Part shown: one piece after another, positions 42,101-54,376 of the stretch
Position numbering within the stretch: the stretch's first letter is position 1
How the letters are laid out: the number at the start of each line of letters is the position of its first letter
Origin: Bugula neritina
Taxonomy: Eukaryota; Animalia; Bryozoa
Direction: 5' to 3'
Length of the DNA: 64,000 nucleotides
Assembly (NCBI GenBank): GCA_964035545.1
Contig: OZ037765.1
Location: 11,604,698-11,668,697, forward strand
Position numbers and translations under genes: made by a program
Notes under the pieces: model-generated
What the model was told of the DNA's origin: nothing
The model's database searches: none
What the model saw: the letters and a program-made list of their open reading frames with translations, nothing else

Positions 42101-45100
42101 ATATGAACTACGAGGCTTAGCATGCTTCAAAATATAATTGATATAATTATTTATTTATCTTTTGACTTTTTCATATTTCAGTGAACAAGTTTACTATATT
42201 ATATAACATAAAGATATACTTTAGTGAGCATTAACGTATATATTGTTAGTCCGTTGTATTCATAGAGTCATGTGTGGCTATGTTAATTGTAGACTGCAGT
42301 AAACAAGCTGAGTTTGAACATGTATGATGGTCAGATAACGGCTCTGTTGGGACACAATGGAGCTGGTAAAACAACTACAATGTTTATGCTGACAGGTAAT
42401 TTCAGAATATGTAACTTCAGAGTGGACAATTTTATGTTGAATAATATTTAGGAGTTGTCTGCAAGGCCTTTGTCTGTGAATATATTAAGTGCATTATACA
42501 GTAGTTTGGTTTTGAATTAATGAGTGAATGACACGCAATAGTAACTAATAAGTTACGGAGTCGTTTGTAAGCTGGGAAGAATTCAAAAGTCCAGATTTTC
42601 ATATTTTATATTTTTCCTCTAACTACTGTTGAATTGCACTTTTTATGGCAAATGCAATGCATTTCAAATAATATCTATCACAGTTAAGATCATTGAGCCA
42701 TTGCTTTTTCTTCGTGAGAGTAAGCTGTATACATGCAACTCAACTATCATGTTCTACATCTATCTTCGTAGCCACAATTTACGATCAGTTATTTTTAGTG
42801 TAAGTTACATTTCAGGATTTATCCCCCCTACAAGTGGTACAGCTCTAGTTAATGGATATGACATAACTAAAGATATATCTAGTGTCAGGTCAAGTCTTGG
42901 TCTCTGTCCTCAGCATGATATTCTCTTTGATAATCTCACTGTTGAAGAACATCTCTACTTCTTTGCTAAGGTTGGTCATTTTAAAATTCATGAATTAAAT
43001 AGTAGCTAAGTTTCACCTGTTTTCACTTTTATTAGCAATGAAATTAACCCTAACCCTTATTACTAAGAAGTCTTTATGACAACTGAGAACTTGAAATTAC
43101 AACAATGGTAAACTTGACTCTAAACAGAAATTAAGCAACCACCAGACAAACTCAACTTTTCTCAAACTCATCAGCTTTACTTGTGGAATAAAACAAATCC
43201 AACTTTTCAGACATCATTACTATACTTTAAAAAGCAAGAAATGTATTGCCATTTTTTTTTAAAATCCTGCTAACACCAATATTGAAGATGAAGATGATTT
43301 GCACCAATAACATTACAAATGGGAATTCAAAATGTGAAAGCTAAAATCACATAAAATAGAAATTTACAGAAGATCATCCCAGAAATCACTCCACAATTTT
43401 ATTTATATCAAATGATATGCAAACCAACTCATCATAGACTATGGATGCACCATACTTTAAAACCAACAAAAAATAAGTTTTGTCAATATTCAAAAGATTT
43501 CATGTGAATATATTGTATGTATTACACAGTAGTTCGGCTTTAAATTAATGGGTGAAGGACACACGCTAGAAGTTACTAAGTTATGGAGCTGCTTGTAAGC
43601 TGGAAAGAATTTCAAAGAGCAAATTTACACATTTGTTGTTTTTCCTCTAACTAGTGTCGAATTTGTATATAAAAAGATTAAAACAAGCATCTAAACTTTT
43701 TAGTTTCTCTGAAACTCAAAGGTTTAACTTTATTAACCCAAAGTTGCAATGAATAGACTAATAAACATTTATATAGTTTTCATCTTACACATAAGTTAGT
43801 AATAATCTTATAAACGTCCTTTAAACCCCTATTGAAATCACTATTGCAGTATTTATTTTTATATAAAGCAATTTCTCCTTTCTCCCCTCCCCATACCATT
43901 AGTATAATCCTGTTGGTGGTAAACTCCTATGTTTTGAAATTGTGAGAATCTGGACCAAAATATTTTTTTACTTTTGTGTAATAATTCTTAAGCCTTTTAC
44001 CTTGTATAAACGTTTTACACTACCTACCCTTGTAGTTAAAAAGCTGCCCTAAAGAAAAAATTCAAAGTGAGATCGACTACTACATAAAAACTCTTGGCAT
44101 AGAAGAAAAGAGAAAATCTTTTGCTTCAACCTTGTCAGGTGGTCAGAAAAGAAAGCTCTCAGTTGGTATAGCACTGATAGGAGACAGTAAGGTAAAAAAT
44201 TTACTGTCTTTTTGCATTTTTTCCAGTTGTTTTGTCCTCAATACAGTTTATTTTATTCGGAGAGTGTATTTTATGAACAAAGATTCATCTACTATACTTC
44301 TGAAAATAAAACCTATGGCAAATGTTAGAATTGTCATAAGTTTTGAAGGTTGTTATGTCTTTCACAGTTTTAGAAACTAACAGCTGACTATTATAGCAGT
44401 GGTGTCTGTATTTGTTGAAATGAAGATTTTGGTGTATTAATATTAAGAAAAGGTGAATGCAGTCCATGTGTAGATTGTAATGTGCATGGTGAATGTATGC
44501 ATAAGTTCCTACTCAGCCAATATTTAGAGATGGTCATAATTTTGTATGATAACCAGAAAGAGTGCCATTTGTTTTTCTTCATCAAGGTACTACACGGTTT
44601 TGTTATTTATCTGGGTCCTGTCTCGAGGTCGTTTTTGATTTAGCCTAAAACTGTAGTTTGTAGTAACTTGTAGGCTTTCTAAATTTGTGGGTCAGATACT
44701 GGTTTATTAGGTTGAATCATTTATCATATAAAATACTAGATTTATATAAGTAAAATGAGTGGGAGGAGCTTACAGTGTAAACAGTTATCATACTATGACA
44801 GTACCACCTGGTTTACATCTGTTATAATGTTTGCACGTGTTTGTAGATTGTGATTCTGGATGAACCAACATCTGGAATGGATCCGTCAGCCAGAAGACAT
44901 ATGTGGGACGTACTACAAGCTCAGAGAGCTGGTAGAACTATGATACTCTCTACACACTTCATGGATGAAGCTGATCACCTTGGGGATAGAATTGCTATTC
45001 TTTCTGATGGAGTTTTACAATGTTGTGGCAGTTCATTATTTCTCAAGAAGAAATATGGTATGTTGATCTCATTTCACCATGTGTATTAAGAACATTGTGC

Positions 45101-48100
45101 ATCTATCTGGCAGCTTTTCTAAAGTTTCAATACAAGAGTCAAACCAATACCAATATTTTAAGTGAAATAGTTTTATATTATCAGTTGACAGTTATTATAT
45201 TCAAGGCTATTATTAAATGCAAAGGCTGTGCTAGTGCATAGGCTTAGCGTAAATGTTTCATACTATGATGGTAGGTGCCGGCTATCATATGATTATGACT
45301 ACTGAACCCAACTGTAATGTCAGCGAAGTGGACCAGCTGTTGACTAAACATGTACCAGAAGCTAAACTTGAAGGTGAGTTAATCTGCAGCAAGTATTTAG
45401 CTGAGTTTATCTGCAGTAAGCAATTAGCTATGTTTATCTGCAGTAAGCATTTAGCTGAATGTATCGGCATCAAGTATCTAGCTATGTTTATATGCGACAA
45501 GTATTTAGTCAAGTTTACCTGCTGCAAGTACCTATCAAATGTTCGATGTTAGCACTGTTTCACAACGATGTACATATTGCTGTTTATCACGGAATTTATA
45601 CGTGAGGCTTATTGAGGTTTAGTAAACTCCTGGTTGTTTTATCATTTGTTGCTATTTGAACAAGTCAGCACCAACTTGTAGTAGTGGATCTTTCATTTTC
45701 TTCTCTGATACTGCCGAAATTGTCAACCATTATTTTAATAACCCTTAGAATGTCTCCTGTTATTAATCGTTTTCTTATTTTTGCTACTTTGAAATATTGT
45801 CGTAATGATTATGTCTGGCTTGTGTGGCATTATTATCATGATAATTCAACTCTTTAACAAGTTTAACCTAACCTGCGGACATTCTGTTTTATTTTTAGGT
45901 AATGTTGGTGCAGAACTCTCTTATATACTGCCTGATGACAAAGTATCGTCTTTTCCCGGAATGTTTGCCGAACTAGAACAGAGGAAAGATGATTTGGGTG
46001 TCCTTGGATTCGGTGCATCTGTAACTACTATGGAAGAGGTGTTCATCAAGTGAGTGTAAAGTTGTTGAAATTAAACAATCCATGTATGTAATATGTTTAA
46101 TCTAGTTGAGTAAAAACTAGATGCATCAAAGAAATAAGTACAACATGTCAGATTATATAATTCCTCTCTCTTATATTTGTGTGTTGTGTATAATCTCAAT
46201 AGTGTCGTGGGGGAAAAACGTAAATTAGAATTACTAGACACCTGCGACTCTACAGTTATGTAATACTTGTATAAATTACTTTAGCTTTATTTATCTCTGA
46301 CAGACACAATCAACTTTTTAGACCTCATTTTTCACTCAACATGTTTTATACTTCTTTATTCTGTTGATAGCTAATCATAACATAAAATTTTGAGGTTTTC
46401 AAATAATTTTGCTTTTAAAAGAATATTTAAGACATTTATAGTAGAAAAATATAATGGCATATAAATTGTTTTTTGACAAAGAAATTATAAAAATGCTTAC
46501 TTGAATATGAAATGTCCAACTTTCCAAATCTTAAAATACCTCCTTTCATAGAATTAATTTAGAGTTATCATCTCAAAATGTAGTGATCCACAAGGATAGA
46601 AATACTTGGAGATTTGGCTATTTGTTAAACAGAACAGACTAACTTTATTCTGCAAGAACTTTGTCTAACTTATAACTGCATTCTCAACTTCTATTACTTG
46701 TCAGAGTTGGCGAAGGGCAGATAACTGAGCAGGAAGAAGAGCAGGTGGAGAATATACAAGGTAGATATAATAACAAGTTGAATACAGCAGCTGCAGAAGA
46801 TGATGTTTCCCAAATTGATATTGCGGAGTCTTATCAAAAGAAAGAACCTGCTGGTAAAAGGTCCTATGTTTTTCTTGGGTTTATAATGTTTTTACATAGA
46901 TTTATGTGTCTATATTGTAGTTGATCAAAAGACAGAAGGTATGCTAGGCTTATTTTATGTACCTCTATACTTCAAGTATTGTACCATTGTTTCTCGTTAG
47001 TAAATGTTTGAATTGTGTGTGACTTGTGATATGTTACAATGGTTTCAGCACCTATATGATCACAGACATACCCCCAGTACAGCTTTTTCTCTTCTTTCAA
47101 ACTTCGCTATCAAGATTCATGTTCAACTTTATCTATTTATGTTATTTTCATTTTATGCACTATCCATACGTAATGTCAAAAAAAATGATATAAGTTATAA
47201 TGAAATGTGCTTAAACTTAGCTTTATTGCAGAACTGCTATAATATGTAGTAATATGTGTGAAAATGGCTGTTTCAATTAAAATAAGAACCTAATCTGAAA
47301 CACATTGTAATGTCCTACTGATATCAGAATAAGTTTCAACTAATTTTGAAATTAAAGATTACATGACTCAACTATTTGTCACTCCGTATTGTCACACCTT
47401 CTTTCTTAGTTTTTATTCTATCATTTTATTCAGATTTTTATTTGCAGTGTAACCCAAGTGTGTAGTCATATCACCTATTCTCTGGGTGTTAACTTGATTG
47501 TACTCTCAGCATAGCAACCTGCTTTGTGAAATTCTTTAGTGATGACAGAAGTGACCAAGAAGACAGGGTTTGCTCTGCATGCTCTACAATTTAAGGCCAT
47601 GTTCTTCAAGAGGGCCATATTCACATGGAGAAACAAGATATTAACTCTCTCACAAATTCTCCTACCAATCTTCTTCACTGGACTAACAATTTTGATCTTG
47701 AAGATTCGACCTGATGATAAGGGTGTAGCTCCTTCACGTCCCATAAATCTGCTCATGTTTGAAGATTCTGAGGTACACTTTTGATAAATACATTTCTCTA
47801 TTAGTATTATTTCATTCTATAAAGCATTTATGTCTTAAGTCTATGGACTGATCTAACATTTTATCGCAGCTTTTATTTTCAAACTTTATGCTGTATTTTG
47901 AAATTATTTCATAATATTGCTTTGCACTTTTACTTCATGGTTAACAACCTTATATATTATGTTTTGTAATTCAATAGTTTCGAAATTGATGTATTATTCA
48001 TTTAATTTAATTTTTTCGTTATTATTGTTAGGGTTAAAAAATTCAAAATTGAACAAAACCAAGTATTGCATTGCATGATGGATCTTGATGTGCAGCATAT

Positions 48101-51100
48101 ATTATACATGTTGTGATAGTGCTCTTACTCAAGGACATATATTAAGTGGCTAAACTTTGTTGTTTATTGTTGGCAGGTTCTGTTCAACTCTGGGACATCC
48201 TCTTCGCCAACCTCAAAGATATCTAAAGTATTTGCAGATCAATTTGATGCATTAGATTCACACGCAGCGAAAAAGGTTGATGATCCTCGGGAAGAGATCT
48301 TAGATATTGCTGATCGTAGTTTGAAGGTTCGACTCTCAAAATAACTTTGTATAATATTGTACTAGAATTTGTCCTTGTGTTGTAGCAGTGCAGTTTGTAC
48401 ATTTATAGAAAGTAAATGGAAGTTTGATAGCTTCGACAATACGCTGTGATCACTTAAAGTTAAAGTTCCGTAGCTAGAATTTTATTCGGTTACTTTTCTT
48501 TTACTTAAAGCCATCTTTGCTTATTTTGCTAGGAGTACAATTTCAACACAATTTTGGCTACAATTTACAACTACTCTGATATAACCATACTCTTCAACCC
48601 TACGCCATATCACAGTGCACCTGCAGCTCTACTCTACTCCGATCAGTCTTTACTTCACCACTACGTCAATGACTCGTACAACTTTGCGGCCACCAATCAC
48701 CCCCTCCCCCAATCAGCAAATGCCGAGATTGAAACCGAGGCTAGCGACACATTCAATGGCAACTCATTTGCCTACTCTTCTAATATGATGTTTGGATTTT
48801 CATTTCTGGCTGCAAGTTTCGTATTCTTCCTTATAAATGAACGATCACAGTAAGTAACATTTCATATTCAAAATTTTTGACTCAAAATAAAGAATATTTG
48901 TCATGTTTTTGCTTCTTTATGGTTTATAAGTGTAGCTGTTGTAATACCAAAAGATGTTTCCCATCAGTATTATGTAAATGTGGTATTCAATGCTTGCAGG
49001 AAGGTGAAACACAGTCAGATTGTGAGTGGAGTAAAGGGACTGAATTTCTGGTTATCTACATTCTCATGGGATTTCATCAACTACATGATACCTTCACTGT
49101 TGGTTATCTGTCTGTTTGCTATAGCAGATGTCAAGAATCTAGCAGGTAAATTTTCTTGAAAACCTGTGCACACATTTTTTAGGGTTGAAATTATCTTGAA
49201 GATGAATTTATTATGACTCTTGGAAAGAAATTACCAGATGAATTGTTCAACTTGGTTAAGAAAATTTGGCATAAATTTTTTATTTGCAGCCACTCCTTCT
49301 AGCATAATCATAATTAGTTGAAGTTAAAGTCTGTCTTCTCAACTTTGAGTTAGAACCCAATAACTAAGTGATGCCAGTTTTATATCTCTATGAAAAATCG
49401 ACATATGAGATATTTCCAGCCTATCACTGCGTTTCCAATCTTAATTACGCAAATGGAGTTTTCATTCAATGTTTAGAAACAGTCACATGGAATGAAGCCT
49501 CAGCCATAAGTTCATGCAAACCCCAACTACAAATTAATCTTTACGGGCCTCCATTCGCATCGTTTGAAGTAATGGAAATGCAGTGTACACCTTTTTACGC
49601 AAATTTTTTCAACACTAGACGGATATTATTAACTTGGGGAGAGGGTGTTGGGTGTGTAGTCTGAATACCAATCAGAACTGAGTGAGTTTTGTGCTCTATA
49701 CTGTTCTGTGTGATAAAATAATACTTTCACTCAAAGAGTTTTATTCAAATATTTGTCAAAAGTTATTAAAAAATTATTATGAGAAATTGCAACTCAACTC
49801 AACATAGTCAAAACATATTAATTTCAAAAGCTACACTCATATTATGATAAAAATAATGTGTATAAGTAGCTAACTATTAATTTTTAATAATTATATTATC
49901 ATTTTATGTGAGCTATAGTAATATCTACATATTAACTTGAATATACATTTAAAAGATGTCTAAACTAATATTGATTTTTGTAAAATAATTGAGCTCTCTA
50001 ATATAACTTATTTTTATTTGTGTCAAAAAACACTTGAAGATTATCGGGATTTCAGATGTACAAATTAGTAACTTTTTGTACTCATTTGAACACTTTGTGT
50101 GAGATTGGAAAAAAGCCACATGTTTGGTTTTACAGATCTTTATTAACTTGCAGTATGGCCAACAAATAAAATATTAATATAACAAATTGTCTTTTTAAAA
50201 TTATAACCTGTAATATATTCAATTTAATTTATTTGATAAAAAATATTTGCTTTATTATTGAGAACGCGATTGGCCCTGTTAAAAATACAGACAGCAACTC
50301 TTACAAATCTGTTATTTAAAATGTTTATATACTTTGTAGATATAAAAGATGGTAACAAGCAGCCCTTGTATTTGTTTCTACTCATGCTGATGTATGGCCT
50401 AGCATTTCTACCTTACATGTATGCCGTACAGTTTGCCTTTACTGGACCAGCTACTGGCTACGTAGTCATGGTGTTTGTCAACCTCCTAACTGGTATGATT
50501 TTTTATAGGCTGTGGTGCTTATGTGAAAACTGATGCATGTATTATTATGTAAAATGTTTAAAGCTGTTAATAGCTTAAAATTTTTAGTTAATTTATGCGA
50601 TCTAATGTTTTGCCATGCATGTAAAGTTTTTTTCGATGGCTGTTTTTTGGACTGAAAATTTTGAAGGTATAAATGCAACTTTATGCTTTTATTTTGTAGG
50701 AATATTCCCTCAGCTGGTGGTAGTCATATTGCTGGCTATAGAGAGTACACGATCAGCTGGAAGGGTACTTGACTGGCTATTTATAGTTATCTTTCCCAAC
50801 TACAATATGGGGCAGGGTGTAGGCAACCTCTACACAAATTATGACTACTTGGAGCTTTGTCTTAAGAAATTTCCTGAGGATGGGTTTGACATGGAGCCTG
50901 GGAAAGAGTCATTGGATGAAATATGTGATTTAATAGAAAAGGCTGGTCGTGAATTCCCTTGTTGTAAAGGTACTCTGCACGTATTTGACTGTATTCTAGT
51001 TATTGTGAACTTTTTCTGCTGCTTGTGTTTTAATGTGAAATAATAGTTTAAGACATTAGCACATAAGCTATAGTGTCTATTTATCTATTGCAGGTTATCA

Positions 51101-53913
51101 CTTTAATTTAAATATTCAATTAAAAATTGATTTGTCTGGCAGGCATGTTGTCAATTATATATAATAGTTATAGAATGTAGCTGAAACTAAAATAAACCTG
51201 TTCAAAAATCAATCATACATTTGGAGTGTAAAATATATTACTTTAAGTTGTGACAAGTTGAATAAACCTTGTCATTAGTATTGCCAACTGAAATGTTTTT
51301 ATTGTCGTGTGTAGTTTTTAAATCACATGTACTTGGTTTTGCAGATAACTGCGGAAGTAACTGTCTGGATTTTCAAGAAAACTATTTGGACTGGGAAAAT
51401 CTCGGAATTGGTCGTTCTCTCCTCTTTCTTGCTGTTCAGACTGTCTTCTTCTGGATTATTGTTATCTTCATAGAAAGTCAAATATTTATAAAATTGTTTT
51501 ACTTGATTCGTCCAAAGATAGTGGTTGTACCTGACCAGTAAGTGGTATTTATTATATTTGTTATTTAAAAATATTTTCTGCTTGTGCTTGTTAAAATTTT
51601 TTATATTAATAATCACTTTTTGCAATGTCTTGTTGCTTGTATCTATGTATAGATAATATTTGTTTAGACTGGAGGTGAAAGAAGATGAAGATGTGGCCTT
51701 TGAAAGAAATAAAATCATGGAGCAAGCAGAGAATGATCTGCTGGAAGACAACCAGGTGGTCATTTCTCGTCTCACCAAATATTTTTCCAACCACAAAGCT
51801 GTGAATAATGTATGTGTAGCTATTCCTAAAGGGGAATGCTTTGGCTTACTTGGTGAGTTTTTATTCATCCCTCTTCTATTTTAAGCCATTTAGATAATGC
51901 ATTTATTTTGGTAATTTTGTCTCTTTTCTCATTTATTTTGTTTAGTGCAATATCTAAATATAGTTCTAATACTTTTTTTTTAAATAAAAAATTTGAAATT
52001 TGAACTACAGGTAAACAAATTAATCTCACTCTTATGTATTATAATTACGGTATAATTTTGCTTAACCTGTATAAGCAGTCGAACTTTAAACATAATTCTA
52101 GTTATTAGCCATGTTATTTTGTTGCCTGAAAATGTTTTATTGCCTGAAAACAGGTGTAAATGGAGCTGGTAAAACAACTACCTTTAAAATGCTGACTGGA
52201 GATGAAACCATATCCGGTGGAACTGCTTACATGGCTGGACAGAATGTCAGAACAGATATTCATGAAGTACAGAAGTCTATAGGCTATTGTCCTCAGTTTG
52301 ATGCATTGATTGACCAAATGACTGGAGAGGAGATGCTGTACATGTACGCACGTCTGCGTGGTGTTCCAGAAGCTTCTATTCCTCCCATCGTTGAAAGACT
52401 TCTAGCAGCTTTCTTGCTCAACAAACATAGAAACAAACTAACTAAAGATTACAGGTAAAATTGATTTGCTCCTTTTTGTTTTCTGTAACTTGTTGAATAA
52501 ATGATAGTATTTTTAAAGGAGTTTAACTCTGGTTAATATGTTTGTCCATTTACCTTTTTCTTGTGTTTCAAGATTAGAAAGGATTTTGCAAGAGCATCTT
52601 GAATAGTTATCTGAATCATTTTAGTAGTATAATTGGCTATGATGATGCATATTTTAGTTCATACTTTTATACTTACATCATACACTGTTTGTATGCTATT
52701 GTATTCTTTCTTTCTTAAATCTTTATTGTTTTAATCCTTTTGTAACATCCGTTTTTTGTTTACTTTACTGTTATTTGCTAACAGTGGAGGGAATAAAAGA
52801 AAGCTGAGCACTGCTATAGCATTGATGGGAGATCCACCAATAGTATTTCTGGATGAACCGACTACTGGAATGGATCCTGTAGCCAGGAGGATGTTGTGGC
52901 AGGCTCTGACTCAAGTGAGGGAGAGTGGCAAAACTCTTATCCTCACGTCTCACAGGTGTGACTTCGTAACAATTGGGTTTCAAAAGCTGTTCATATAAAA
53001 AAACTAGCATGTTACTGGAAAAATTATAAATTTGAGCATTTAATTCATCTTAATATAGTTAACTCATTCCAAAAAATTATTAATCTAGGATTTTAATGCT
53101 AAAACCACTATATTTCCATCGATAAAAACACACCAGAGTTGTCTTCTCAACCCATTTTTGGTTCACTGTTCATTTTGTACAATTATACTGTATTAAATGG
53201 TATTTGTAAGCAGCACACAGATTTTTTGCATGCTTTTAATTTAAGTGAAAGGTGTAGTATCTTCTAGCATAAATTTCTGGCCCATTTTGACATCTTATGC
53301 TCTAAAAGTTGTCTATAATTTTTTACACTAGCATGGAAGAGTGTGAGGCGCTGTGTACCAGAATGGCAATAATGGTGAATGGACAGTACAGATGTCTTGG
53401 GAGTACACAGCATCTGAAGAACAAGTTTGGAGCTGGATACACTCTAATAGCTAGAGTTAGTTACCCTGCAGATGGATCTCTGCCTGATATTGAAGCTGTA
53501 CAATCCTTTGTTGACGAAGAATTCCCAGGTTCTGTCCTTCAAGATAAACACCAGAATCTCGTTCAGGTATTTGTTCATCTGTAACTTTTGAAATGTCAAC
53601 AGATCTGTTTGCATTCTGAATTATAAGTTAAAATTTGAAGTAAGTCTCAATGATCTACAATTATTTGTAGTATCACATTGAAAAGGGCAATGTGACATGG
53701 GCAAATGTGTTTGAGAAGTTAGAGGCCCGTAAGAGTGATCTCAACATTGAGGATTACTCCGTCAGTCAGACTACGCTGGAGCAGGTGTTTCTCAACTTTG
53801 CTCGTGCACAGGTCCCTCCTAATGACAGCAAGCCTGGCGTCTGCAAGCGTTTCAGAAACATGTGTTGCTTGTGTTGTGTACCAGAGTATGTTGTGGATCC
53901 CGGAAGCCATTGA
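36118..53913 (+). CDS. ABC transporter subfamily A, ABCA3-like, copy 2 (about 1764 aa). Exons: 36118-36472, 36709-36862, 37419-37534, 37868-38118, 38781-38903, 39036-39156, 40589-40762, 41330-41511, 41843-42022, 42293-42395, 42816-42970, 44036-44191, 44847-45057, 45275-45373, 45899-46049, 46705-46853, 46921-46938, 47540-47772, 48177-48326, 48533-48849, 49000-49145, 50340-50492, 50700-50969, 51345-51537, 51668-51852, 52154-52454, 52785-52955, 53332-53566, 53671-53913
   Basis: Same 29-exon structure and intron phases as copy 1. All Walker A/B, Q-loop, signature and H-loop motifs are intact. The frame is open from [14 protein letters not shown] to ...VVDPGSH*. Confidence 0.93.
42475..42635 (+). 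repeat. ~160-bp dispersed repeat, copy a (intron 10 of ABCA copy 2)
   Basis: Aligns by eye with 43503-43663 (TGTGAATATATT...CAGTAGTT...AATTAATG...TTGTAAGCTGG...TTTTTCCTCTAACTA). Confidence 0.8.
43503..43663 (+). repeat. ~160-bp dispersed repeat, copy b (intron 11 of ABCA copy 2)
   Basis: A diverged copy of 42475-42635 in direct orientation. Confidence 0.8.
45376..45537 (+). repeat. 27-bp minisatellite, about 6 degenerate copies, at the start of intron 14 of ABCA copy 2
   Basis: GAGTTAATCTGCAGCAAGTATTTAGCT / GAGTTTATCTGCAGTAAGCAATTAGCT / ATGTTTATCTGCAGTAAGCATTTAGCT / ... Confidence 0.9.
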
Positions 53914-54370
53914 AACGCTCAAATATCATGCTGCATCTCAACATTACCAACTACATGTTACATGCAGCATTGATATAAAATAGTGTTTTGCTTTTTAAAA
54001 AGAAATTAACATTGGTAAATTCATGTATGTTGTTAGTAAGTTATGTATATCGTCAAGTGCCAAAGAATGTATTCCATGACTTAGCATTCATTAATATATG
54101 TTTATTGCCCATAAACTTGTCCTTTTGTAATTTGTATTTTATGTTCCTTCAATATCACCGCTGGGCCCATTTTTTGTTGACGCTTTTTAAATCAATTTAT
54201 TTTAAGAATCTCTAATTTTCAAATCTCTATTTTGTTAGCATACTTTATGCTATTTAAATGTAGTTTTTGTATCAAATTGTTTTGCTACATTTTGTAACAA
54301 TTCTCATGATCTCACATAGTTTATTCTGTTTGATCTATCCTTTTCAAATGTGTTCTTTATTTTGTTAGAA

Positions 54371-54376
54371 AATAAA
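54371..54376 (+). terminator. Putative polyadenylation signal of ABCA copy 2
   Basis: AATAAA about 460 nt after the stop, followed by TG/T-rich sequence. Confidence 0.45.

Noticed and set aside
45376-45537. CRISPR-like array
   Set aside because: The units are contiguous and degenerate with no unique spacers, there are no cas genes, and the context is a eukaryotic intron. It is a minisatellite.
51323-51868. 181-aa minus-strand ORF and similar antisense ORFs (10751, 15987, 26394, 30903, 52771)
   Set aside because: These are shadows of sense exons and AT-rich introns with no independent protein signal.
15937-53913. ABCA duplication as a haplotype or assembly artefact
   Set aside because: Introns and most exons are highly diverged between the copies and carry different insertions, so they are genuine old paralogs.
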